Shown here: in pieces, positions 9,171 to 16,746 of the stretch
Position numbering within the stretch: position 1 is the stretch's first letter
Layout: each line of letters opens with the position of its first letter
Source of the DNA: a virus
Lineage: Duplodnaviria; Caudoviricetes
IMG/VR virus record: IMGVR_UViG_3300027734_003164
Location: 32,001 to 96,000 of that record
Reading direction: 5' to 3' (one strand)
Length of the DNA stretch: 64,000 nt
The notes under the pieces: generated by a model
Database searches by the model: none
Seen by the model: only the letters and a program-made list of their open reading frames with translations
Told to the model about the DNA's origin: nothing
Program-made: the position numbers and the translations under genes

Positions 9171-9472
9171 AATAATTTTAATTCTTTTCTATATTTTTTT
9201 ATTTTTTCTCTTGTCTTTTGAAATTCATCTCCATCGCTTGCTTTATGACCTTTACCAACAGCATCTGTAATCATTAATTCGTTTTTTAAAATAAAAGTCA
9301 ATTTTTCTGAATTTGTCAATTCATAAGGAACAACTTCTGTCCTGATAAACTCACGAATCATCGCTCTTATCTTATCAATCTGTTCTGTCGGGTTCTGTTT
9401 TGTTCCGTGCACCATTACAGATGTTTGGTAGATTGTTCTACTTAACTCTAATATTTTTTTATCAAATCCCAT
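9167..9472 (-). CDS. Hypothetical protein
   Basis: Overlap-coupled with its neighbours. Confidence 0.6.
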   Translation of the reverse strand: MGFDKKILELSRTIYQTSVMVHGTKQNPTEQIDKIRAMIREFIRTEVVPYELTNSEKLTFILKNELMITDAVGKGHKASDGDEFQKTREKIKKYRKELKLL

Positions 9473-10136
9473 CTTTAACTGTATTTCTAATTACACCTTC
9501 AACTCTATGTTTATGTGGATAAGAGTCTTCAATAATATCTTTAACAACAATTTTTTCGAAGTCACAAGAATGTTTAACATCACAAATACCATTTTCAATT
9601 ATGTCTTCAACCAAATCTATCGTTGGCACACGGAACCCCTTGGTTTCCTTCACCCCATTTTGAATGGCATCTTTAATTGACCGAAACGGTTTTTGAAGTC
9701 TTTTACTGGTTTGTCTTACCCCATTTTGAAGGGTGTCTTCAACCTCATTATTTTGTTTTGGAGATTCAATTTGATGAACTATTTTACCTTCCATCTCTAT
9801 TGAACCCAAATAACCACTAGGTGTTGTTTCTTTCACCCCATTTTGAATGGTGTCTTCAACAGGTTTAATACCCAAAAATCTTGATTCAAACCAATTCTTA
9901 ATCAAATCTTTTTCTTCGGTGCAGTCCTTACCGATTAGTTCCAACTCACTTTGAAATAGGTTATAGTTGAACCATAAGGTTTTATCCTTTGTAAATTCAA
10001 CCACCCATTTTTTTTCTTTGGTGAATATCAACCAAGTTGAACCTTGTTCTGTAACATACTTGTCTGCACCTTCAATCATTTGGTCAAACATTCCAAAAAC
10101 AAGTTTCTCTAATTTTTTTCCTGATGGATTTTTCAC
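9462..10136 (-). CDS. Protein with C-terminal VEDxIxNGV repeats separated by variable segments
   Basis: At least 5 repeat units, mostly at 22-aa period. Confidence 0.7.
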   Translation of the reverse strand: MKNPSGKKLEKLVFGMFDQMIEGADKYVTEQGSTWLIFTKEKKWVVEFTKDKTLWFNYNLFQSELELIGKDCTEEKDLIKNWFESRFLGIKPVEDTIQNGVKETTPSGYLGSIEMEGKIVHQIESPKQNNEVEDTLQNGVRQTSKRLQKPFRSIKDAIQNGVKETKGFRVPTIDLVEDIIENGICDVKHSCDFEKIVVKDIIEDSYPHKHRVEGVIRNTVKDGI

Positions 10137-10145
10137 GGTTTTAAT

Positions 10146-10349
10146 TTATTGATATAAGGTATATAATTTTTCAGCAATTTTTTTCAACTTGAACTCCAAT
10201 TCTTGTATTGTTCTTTTTTGTTCCTCATTTAGTTCAAACCCATTTGCTCTTATGTCGGCAATTTCGTTAGTTAGTCGTCTGTGTTCAGACATTAACTGTC
10301 CATGTAAAATTCTTTTGTCTTCCATATACTTTTTTTTTAATCCCACCAA
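10146..10349 (-). CDS. Small coiled-coil protein
   Basis: Heptad-like composition. Confidence 0.55.
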   Translation of the reverse strand: MVGLKKKYMEDKRILHGQLMSEHRRLTNEIADIRANGFELNEEQKRTIQELEFKLKKIAEKLYTLYQ

Positions 10350-10918
10350 TAGGGTAATCTTTCCTCTAAAATTCGGAAAAGAAGTTTATTTGCTTTATTA
10401 TGATTATAGTAAGATACTTCTAAACATAAAGTTTTTTTATCTTCAATAACTCCATGTTTTTTAATAACCACACGTACTGAAGAAGGATATTTATTTAGAT
10501 AATCGTCAAATCTTTCATCAGTTGTTTTAATTTCAATAGATTTTGAATCAGGTTTATTTGGAACATCTTCGAAACTAATATCATCGTTCCAATAATCCAT
10601 ACATTCCAATTCATAATAACCTTCTTTGACTCTTTCAAGTAGGTTAAGAACCAAAGTCATATCTCTATTATCTCTTTCAATATCCGTGTGTCTGTTGGCG
10701 CTTACAAGTTCTTTTCTTTGAAACTCTATTTTCTTTTGTAGAATTTTTAAAATGAAGTCTCCATCCCAATCTCTATCGTGGTATATAGTGGGCAACCATC
10801 TAAAAATGTTTTTTACACCGGTAAAAAAATATCTTATTCTCCAATGTAATTTACTTAATAAAGTATTTCTATCCCAATCAGAATCTTTTGGTATTGGTAA
10901 TTGTTTATATGTTTTCAT
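10337..10918 (-). CDS. Hypothetical protein
   Basis: 193-aa ORF in the run. Confidence 0.7.
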   Translation of the reverse strand: MKTYKQLPIPKDSDWDRNTLLSKLHWRIRYFFTGVKNIFRWLPTIYHDRDWDGDFILKILQKKIEFQRKELVSANRHTDIERDNRDMTLVLNLLERVKEGYYELECMDYWNDDISFEDVPNKPDSKSIEIKTTDERFDDYLNKYPSSVRVVIKKHGVIEDKKTLCLEVSYYNHNKANKLLFRILEERLPYWWD

Positions 10919-10928
10919 TTGTTTTTGT

Positions 10929-11165
10929 TTATTTCAATTTATAAACTTTATATGGTGGATTTATTTTTGTTTCGCTCCCATCACTATTTTTATAAATTAA
11001 GGTGTCTTCTCTATAATATATGGAATCCGCATACCAAATAGCATCATGCATAGGATTGGTTCCTGATGTTGGTAAATAAATTTTTCCTTTTATTTTGTAT
11101 TTAAAATCTTCCTCGACACAAGAAAATAATAAAAATAAAGGTAGTAGGTAAATTAACTTTTTCAT
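10929..11165 (-). CDS. Putative lipoprotein
   Basis: MKKLIYLLPLFLLFSC lipobox. Confidence 0.6.
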   Translation of the reverse strand: MKKLIYLLPLFLLFSCVEEDFKYKIKGKIYLPTSGTNPMHDAIWYADSIYYREDTLIYKNSDGSETKINPPYKVYKLK

Positions 11166-11428
11166 TTTTTGTTAAATAATTCTTTTAGTTCTTCTTGTAG
11201 GTTGTCGTATTCTTCTACATAATTTTCAAATAGTTTTTTATTTTCAAAAAATCCCAATGTAAAAGACAACGATGTTAAAATATATAAAAAATTAAAATTA
11301 ATAAAATTTAAAAAAATCATAACTTGTTCCACAATAAATAAAACAAGACACATAAATCCTAAAAAACTATGAACTCTCATTTGTGATGTAACAACAATCA
11401 ATCTTGAATAAATTTCATTCTCTCTCAT
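11162..11428 (-). CDS. Two-TM membrane protein
   Basis: Hydrophobic core. Confidence 0.55.
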   Translation of the reverse strand: MRENEIYSRLIVVTSQMRVHSFLGFMCLVLFIVEQVMIFLNFINFNFLYILTSLSFTLGFFENKKLFENYVEEYDNLQEELKELFNKK

Positions 11429-11832
11429 TTTAACTTCGAGACATTTGTTAAGATAGTATCCAAAGACATTTGGATATTTGATTTAATTTCTTTTTCATAA
11501 GATATTGCGTCAGCTTCAACTCTACTATTGAATAGTTTTATCAACTTAGTTGCATTATCATATCTTAATTTGATTTCATAGTGATAGATATGATTTGTAA
11601 TTTCTAAATACGAATCATCAATAAGAATAAAAATGCCTAATGGTTTATTCACAATATATCTTTTTCCTGAAACTGGAGCTATTGTAAATTTAGAATCAGG
11701 ATTTCTCAACATGTTTCTAAATATGGTCATAGCTTTTTGTTCGTGAGAATCCTCGAAGGCAGTTTTTTGATTAATCCATATATTTTTAATGAATCTTTGA
11801 ATTTTGTAAGATATTTTTTTTGTTAGTTTCAT
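11425..11832 (-). CDS. Hypothetical protein
   Basis: Preceded by a TAGTTTTGTA promoter-like motif at 11844-11853. Confidence 0.65.
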   Translation of the reverse strand: MKLTKKISYKIQRFIKNIWINQKTAFEDSHEQKAMTIFRNMLRNPDSKFTIAPVSGKRYIVNKPLGIFILIDDSYLEITNHIYHYEIKLRYDNATKLIKLFNSRVEADAISYEKEIKSNIQMSLDTILTNVSKLK

Positions 11833-11878
11833 AATTTTGTTTTTACAAAACTAAGTAATAAAAGAAATAAAAACAAAT

Positions 11879-12517
11879 TTATTTAAACTTTTTTATTTGA
11901 TTTTTTTCTCTCATTCGATTAGCATAATCCAACCAAATCTTTTTGACTTTCGGCCATTCTTTTTTTGGATTGTCAAATTTTAAAATATTTTCTCTGAACC
12001 ATTCTTCCATGGCGTCATCAAGTGATACTCTTTTGAATCTTGCCCTTGAAATCAACCCTTTTACATATGCTGGTATTTCATGTGGGTTTGTCAGGTATTC
12101 AAAGTTGTTGGTGTATTCAGTACTTGGGTAATACATATCCTCAAAATTATCTTGACCGATATGTTCCACTTCATGTACTAATGTTTCTTTTAATTCGGCT
12201 GTAAAATCAACCATTACTTTAGGGAAGTCTTGAGGTCTATATGTAATCTCAATTTCTATAATATCAAATTCGGCTTCCGCACTTATTGAAAATGGATGAT
12301 TAAAATCTTCATCATAAATGAATTTACACACCACATCAAATTCGGCGTATTCATCACCTCTTTCTACATAATAGTTTTTAGTGAAATTTTCTTCTTGTTT
12401 GAAATGATAAATTACATCTCGATATATTTCATTAACAACTATATCAAGTTTACCTTCCTTAATTAAGTTTTTTTTTAACTTATTAACAATAATATTTTCA
12501 AATATAGAATTAATCAT
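11879..12517 (-). CDS. HExxH zinc-metallopeptidase-like protein
   Basis: LVHEVEHIGQ followed by a downstream HEIPAY. Confidence 0.5.
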   Translation of the reverse strand: MINSIFENIIVNKLKKNLIKEGKLDIVVNEIYRDVIYHFKQEENFTKNYYVERGDEYAEFDVVCKFIYDEDFNHPFSISAEAEFDIIEIEITYRPQDFPKVMVDFTAELKETLVHEVEHIGQDNFEDMYYPSTEYTNNFEYLTNPHEIPAYVKGLISRARFKRVSLDDAMEEWFRENILKFDNPKKEWPKVKKIWLDYANRMREKNQIKKFK

Positions 12518-13125
12518 TGTTGAAGATACGTCATCAGAACTCCACCTATTGCGGTTGCGTGATTTTGTAAATGGTTAATTGATTCAATGTCCAATTTGGT
12601 TTTTCTTTTGGTAAAGTCGACAGAAAGAACCCCAATGAATTTTTCTTCTATTGTTTTAATAGCAAATAAATAAGAAGATTTACAGTTAGATTCCTCGGCA
12701 ACATATTTTAAACCAAACGTTGCAATTTTCTCATCTTTAAAATCAGGAACTTCAATTACGTTATTATTGTAAAGTTCGTTAATTGATTTTGAAAAAAGAT
12801 TTACAGGTATATTTTTGAAATTTGTTTGGACAGAATTGGTATTAGGCCCAACCGTTTCATAAACTATTGAAAACTTAGCCATAGACCTACCAGTTGGATA
12901 AAAATTACCTCCGTTATGGAATTGTGAAACCCATACTCTATCGGCACCAAATTCTTCTTTTATATGTTCTATTTTTTGATTTACAAGTTCACTAACTCGT
13001 AATGTGTCCATAACCATATCAGGTTTTGTCTTTTGTTTATCCAAAAGATGTTTGATATATAAAAGTAATATGGGACCCAATACCCCCGATATGAAGGCAA
13101 TAATTAATTGATAAATTCCGTCCAT
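12514..13125 (-). CDS. N-terminal TM plus GAF-like domain (T4 holin T-like architecture)
   Basis: TM at residues 5-25; ADRVWVSQFHNGG..SSYLFAIK..FIGVLSVDF GAF-like strands. Confidence 0.5.
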   Translation of the reverse strand: MDGIYQLIIAFISGVLGPILLLYIKHLLDKQKTKPDMVMDTLRVSELVNQKIEHIKEEFGADRVWVSQFHNGGNFYPTGRSMAKFSIVYETVGPNTNSVQTNFKNIPVNLFSKSINELYNNNVIEVPDFKDEKIATFGLKYVAEESNCKSSYLFAIKTIEEKFIGVLSVDFTKRKTKLDIESINHLQNHATAIGGVLMTYLQQ

Positions 13126-13152
13126 TTTAATGAATTGAAAAATTTAGAAAAA

Positions 13153-13326
13153 TTATTTGTTATTTTTCTCTATTATGGACCAAATAGTACCTGTTAGTGT
13201 TATAATTCCACCAATAATTTCTGTTGCGGTAGATTCGTCAATTAAACCTTTAGTAATTAATATACCACCAATAAAAGTAAGTCCGTGTCTGACAATTCCT
13301 AAAATTTGTTCTTTCGTAAGTTTCAT
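13153..13326 (-). CDS. Small two-TM putative holin, 57 aa
   Basis: Below the ORF-track cutoff. MKLTKEQILGIVRHGLTFIGGILITKGLIDESTATEIIGGIITLTGTIWSIIEKNNK; TATTTAT motif upstream. Confidence 0.6.
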   Translation of the reverse strand: MKLTKEQILGIVRHGLTFIGGILITKGLIDESTATEIIGGIITLTGTIWSIIEKNNK

Positions 13327-13559
13327 TTTTAAATTCTTGAACGTTTATTTATTTTAATAAATATAATAAACATCATAAAAATTACGCTTTGTGTTGAAAG
13401 TATTTGTAAATTATAAAAACAATAAGTAGACACGGAGTCGATGCTGCGATGATTTCGGTAATAGACATAATTTTTTTATTTATATATATGTAAAACAATA
13501 ATAATAATGGTTATAAGAGTTGTCAAAACTTTCATAACCATTATTTTTTTTAGCATTTG

Positions 13560-13636
13560 TGGTGGTCCCACCTGGGTTCGAACCAGAGACCTACGCATTA
13601 TGAGTGCGGTGCTCTAACCTGCTGAGCTATAAGACC
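13560..13636 (-). tRNA. tRNA with CAT anticodon (Ile2/lysidine type, or Met), CCA encoded
   Basis: GGTCTTATAGCTCAGCAGGTTAGAGCACCGCA-CT-CAT-AA-TGCGTAGGTCTCTGGTTCGAACCCAGGTGGGACCACCA. Confidence 0.9.
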
Positions 13637-13643
13637 AAAATAA

Positions 13644-13823
13644 TTATAATAGATTTTTAAAAAACTGCGTCCATTTTTCAATTGCCGGTTCTAACAAAAT
13701 AATTGAACCCATACAATATAAAATAGACATCCAATCAACATTAGTTTTGAAAAACTGATAGACACAAACCACACCCAATAGAGTAGTTAATATCCCAAAA
13801 ATAGTATAAATGTGTTTTTTCAT
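13644..13823 (-). CDS. Small two-TM membrane protein, 59 aa
   Basis: MKKHIYTIFGILTTLLGVVCVYQFF..., located between tRNAs. Confidence 0.5.
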   Translation of the reverse strand: MKKHIYTIFGILTTLLGVVCVYQFFKTNVDWMSILYCMGSIILLEPAIEKWTQFFKNLL

Positions 13824-13847
13824 ATATTAATTTTTTAAATCTTTTTG

Positions 13848-13919
13848 CGGTCCATGCGAGAATCGAACTCGCGGCTCATCCGTGACAGGGATGAATGTTA
13901 GCCACTACACCAATGGACC
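13848..13919 (-). tRNA. tRNA-Asp(GTC)
   Basis: Cloverleaf with CATCC-CT-GTC-AC-GGATG anticodon arm and GTTCGATTC T-loop; no encoded CCA. Confidence 0.92.
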
Positions 13920-13924
13920 TATTT

Positions 13925-14203
13925 TTATATCAAAGCGTCCCATTCAGAAACCACAAATTCAAGTTTTAAAAATCCTTCAACGGGAATATAGGTTACTTGA
14001 AGACCTCCTGTTCCCATACTCATTTCTGTTTGTATAGCTTCAGTTAAAAGTTGTCTTGCCGTTTCTCTAATCTCACCTTGACAAGGAATCTTTTCTTCAG
14101 CACTTGACCATTCCCAACCAAGAGCTTTCATAGTTTTATGAACTTTTTCAAAGTCAAACCAATCCATTATGTTATCCACCGCTTTTCTTTGTTCCTCTGT
14201 CAT
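13925..14203 (-). CDS. Hypothetical early protein
   Basis: TATATTTGTA promoter at 14206-14215 directly upstream. Confidence 0.7.
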   Translation of the reverse strand: MTEEQRKAVDNIMDWFDFEKVHKTMKALGWEWSSAEEKIPCQGEIRETARQLLTEAIQTEMSMGTGGLQVTYIPVEGFLKLEFVVSEWDALI

Positions 14204-14226
14204 AATACAAATATAAGAATAATTTT

Positions 14227-14496
14227 TTATAAAGACTGCACTTGTTCCATAACTCCTGTAACCTCATCAGGATTTAAATAACCAATCACATCACTTGTAA
14301 CAGGAGTTTCATATGTTAGATTACCTTCTTTGTCTAAAACTGCAATTTCAAACAAACCATCTTTTCCACCATATGAATATGTGTGAGATACAACACTAAC
14401 TCCAAATCCATTTTCAAACATCATTCGAGAACGAACACCTGACATATATGGTTCATCAGATAATTTTTCAAATTCTAAATCTTCAAATTTTTTCAT
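14227..14496 (-). CDS. Hypothetical protein (FENGFGVSVV..YGGKDGLFEIAVL type)
   Basis: Compact ORF. Confidence 0.7.
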   Translation of the reverse strand: MKKFEDLEFEKLSDEPYMSGVRSRMMFENGFGVSVVSHTYSYGGKDGLFEIAVLDKEGNLTYETPVTSDVIGYLNPDEVTGVMEQVQSL

Positions 14497-14513
14497 AACT
14501 TTTAATTTTTTTG

Positions 14514-14619
14514 TAGTCAGGACAGGATTCGAACCTGCATAGTGCCTTTTTCACTTGATTATCTTATGTCGAAATAAGAACTGGGAACACCAGTGCGATA
14601 CCATTCCGCTCACCTGACT
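14514..14619 (-). ncRNA. Aberrant 106-nt tRNA-like RNA with two extra hairpins
   Basis: Acceptor AGTCAGG/CCTGACT and T-arm GCAGG-TTCGAAT-CCTGT are canonical; ACTGG-TGTTC-CCAGT arm; extra hairpins TCTTAT/ATAAGA and AGTG/CACT. Confidence 0.65.
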
Positions 14620-14621
14620 AT

Positions 14622-14684
14622 GTCCTCGTCTTTCCGAGATGTCAATACGGATATTTTGTGTACAATTCAGGACTCTCGTATTGC
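14622..14684 (-). ncRNA. Candidate pseudoknotted RNA between tRNA-Ile and the tRNA-like element
   Basis: Crossing pairings CAATACG/CGTATTG and GTCCT/AGGAC; CTCG-GAAAGA-type hairpin. Confidence 0.4.
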
Positions 14685-14695
14685 TTCCTTAGTTG

Positions 14696-14769
14696 TAGTT
14701 AATACTGGACTCGAACCAATGACCTATTCCGTATCAGGGAATCGCTCTAACCAACTGAGCTAATTAACT
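14696..14769 (-). tRNA. tRNA-Ile(GAT)
   Basis: AGTTAAT/ATTAACT acceptor; ATTCC-CT-GAT-AC-GGAAT anticodon arm. Confidence 0.9.
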
Positions 14770-14781
14770 ATGTTTGTATTT

Positions 14782-14912
14782 AAAAGAATTTTGGTCAACC
14801 ACTCGCGTCCCACCAATTTATTGTATCAAACTTTCTGTAGTTCAAACGATTAAATCTCCTACTACTCATTTTCAACTCACTTGCCTAAGCCTTGTCCGTT
14901 GTAAATTCTTTT
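14782..14912 (-). ncRNA. Candidate structured RNA of about 130 nt
   Basis: Perfect 10-bp closing stem AAAAGAATTT/AAATTCTTTT; fills the gap between two tRNAs exactly. Confidence 0.45.
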
Positions 14913-14913
14913 G

Positions 14914-14988
14914 TGGTATGGGAGTGGAATCGAACCACCGGCACAGGAATTTTCCGTTTCCTTGCTCTACCTACTGAGCTACCACACC
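14914..14988 (-). pseudogene. tRNA-Phe-like RNA with 8-nt anticodon loop and an extra base at the T/acceptor junction
   Basis: AGGAA-ACGGAAAA-TTCCT arm lacking U33; GGTGTGG/CCATACC acceptor. Confidence 0.7.
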
Positions 14989-14994
14989 AATTAT

Positions 14995-15080
14995 TTGTAA
15001 TTAGTAGTTGATACACACTCTCGTTTCACCATCTTGTATCAACAGGTTAATGCACTTTACGAGTTTCCCTTTTCTTACAA
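14995..15080 (-). ncRNA. Candidate structured RNA with possible pseudoknot
   Basis: 9-bp stem GTTGATACA/TGTATCAAC whose loop ACGAG can pair with upstream CTCGT; outer TTGTAA/TTACAA. Confidence 0.4.
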
Positions 15081-15096
15081 TCACAATATTTTTAAA

Positions 15097-15105
15097 TCAA
15101 AGAAC
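15097..15105 (-). promoter_or_regulatory. boxA-like antitermination element
   Basis: GTTCTTTGA between the promoter and the RNA cluster; the same 9-mer occurs at 22899-22907. Confidence 0.45.
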
Positions 15106-15166
15106 TTTTTTCTCTTGTTGTGGGGGTGAGACCACCATCACATTTTCTCACCCCCGTTGTTTGTTA

Positions 15167-15176
15167 TACAAATATA
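15167..15176 (-). promoter_or_regulatory. Bacteroidota-type sigma-70 -7 element (TAnnTTTG) driving the RNA cluster
   Basis: TATATTTGTA. The same motif occurs upstream of genes at 14206, 16137, 16219(+), 17628(+), 19495, 21502, 21915, 22961, 34134, 47548 and 50361. Confidence 0.8.
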
Positions 15177-15278
15177 TGTAGTTTATTTTGATTTACCAAA
15201 TCTTTTTTAAACTTTTTTTAAAATAAAAAACCCACCTTTTTTTGAAGATGGGTTTCTAAAATATTTCAGATTGTAATA

Positions 15279-15596
15279 TTACATTCTTGAACCTAATCTA
15301 CTTTCTAAGTCTCTTAATTCATCTCTTTTTGATGTATAAGTTCCAAAGGTGTCATCTTCATCGTGTGCGCCATAACCTTTTTTAAGTCTTGCCATAATTG
15401 AACTTGCAACTTCATTTGGTTTTTCAACAATAAACTTAGCTAATGTAATCATTTCGTCATTCCCTTTTTCAGAAAATTCAAAAGTTGCGAATATATCATC
15501 AAGAATGCTATTGATTTCTCTTCTATCGTTTTTGTCTTCTTTGATTACACGTCTAACAATACGTGATAAATCTCTTTCAGTTAATCTATTTCTCAT
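15279..15596 (-). CDS. Leader-bearing protein (RLTERDLSRIVRRVIKE)
   Basis: Shared N-terminal leader; TATTTATA at 15611-15618. Confidence 0.75.
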   Translation of the reverse strand: MRNRLTERDLSRIVRRVIKEDKNDRREINSILDDIFATFEFSEKGNDEMITLAKFIVEKPNEVASSIMARLKKGYGAHDEDDTFGTYTSKRDELRDLESRLGSRM

Positions 15597-15636
15597 AATA
15601 ATATTTTTATTATAAATATATCGTTAATTGAAAAAA

Positions 15637-16134
15637 TTATTTAATCTCAAAAGCACATCTCATAATTTTTTTTGTTTTAACCGAATCTTCGAAGTTTCCA
15701 ATAACAACACCATCTTTGATTGTGAATGCGTGTTGTCTGACAAGAACAAAGAATGTTCCTTTAGGGTTTTGTTTGATGAAAGTTCCAACTGTCATTTGTC
15801 TTAATTTGGTTTCTCCTTTAATTGTAACATTATAAGACAAAGAATTAATCAATGTAGAACTTTTTCTAACCCCAACAGGATAAACTTTTTTGTAGTTTAC
15901 AGTCGTTCTATTGTCAGCCATTCTTACAAGTTTACTTACAGTCCCATAAGTTCCTTTTTTTGGTTTTCTACCAAATTTCTCAGCAACGTACTTATGTGCG
16001 TTGTCATATGGAATGTCAAATGCCGATGCAAATGCTCTAACGACGCAGTCGGCTCTTTCTGATTTTGCAATCACAGATTCTGAATAACCTTGGATTGCTT
16101 TTGATGTGGCTTCGTATGGTAGTTTGTTTTTCAT
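15637..16134 (-). CDS. Early protein with Cys/His pair (DCVVRA..HAF), possibly papain/C39-like
   Basis: DCVVRAFASAF and VRQHAFTIKDG; promoter at 16137. Confidence 0.55.
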   Translation of the reverse strand: MKNKLPYEATSKAIQGYSESVIAKSERADCVVRAFASAFDIPYDNAHKYVAEKFGRKPKKGTYGTVSKLVRMADNRTTVNYKKVYPVGVRKSSTLINSLSYNVTIKGETKLRQMTVGTFIKQNPKGTFFVLVRQHAFTIKDGVVIGNFEDSVKTKKIMRCAFEIK

Positions 16135-16265
16135 AATACAAATATACGAAAAATATTTAATTCAAAAAAATCTGATAAAATTTTTTATAAAAATGTTTGG
16201 TGGTTTAAATAAAATAACTATCTTTGTATTGTAATCAGTTATTAATCATTTAAAAAATTAAAGTC

Positions 16266-16709
16266 ATGAAAAGTTTGTTTGTAAGTTTCTTGTTTTCCGT
16301 TATTAGTTTTATTTCATTTAGTCAGAGTGTTATTCTTGAATATAAGCAATTTAATTCTTTCACCAGTGATAAAAATTTTAATGTTTTAACACCATCTGAA
16401 GTTTTACAGAACAAAGATATTAAAACTTACCAAAGTGAGTTATGTAATATTAAGTATGAAATTATGATAAATGAAAAAAAGATTTTAATTTTTAATCATG
16501 GGGATTTAGTTGGTTGTGAATATTTGAAATCTTTTGAAAAAACGGATAAAGAAATAAAATTTTCATTTTTAACTCAAGATTGGTATGAAACAGAAAAAAA
16601 ACTTACATCATTTTTGGTAAACCTTAACACACATACAACATTAGTATATAGTAATACCGAAAATGGTTTGGTTGGTCTTATGATAAATAATATGGGAGTT
16701 AGTGAATAA
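16266..16709 (+). CDS. Secreted protein
   Basis: Signal peptide ending SFSQ; own TAnnTTTG promoter at 16219. Confidence 0.7.
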   Translation: MKSLFVSFLFSVISFISFSQSVILEYKQFNSFTSDKNFNVLTPSEVLQNKDIKTYQSELCNIKYEIMINEKKILIFNHGDLVGCEYLKSFEKTDKEIKFSFLTQDWYETEKKLTSFLVNLNTHTTLVYSNTENGLVGLMINNMGVSE

Positions 16710-16746
16710 CTCCCATTTATATTTTATATATTTATTCAATTAAAAA

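Noticed and set aside
9500-9870. True CRISPR mini-array
   Set aside because: Repeats are degenerate, non-palindromic and keep the reading frame of a protein; reported as a coding repeat instead
14622-14684. Canonical theta ribozyme call
   Set aside because: Not directly at the tRNA 3' end, lacks the G1 pair and a standard P3/L3; kept only as a candidate
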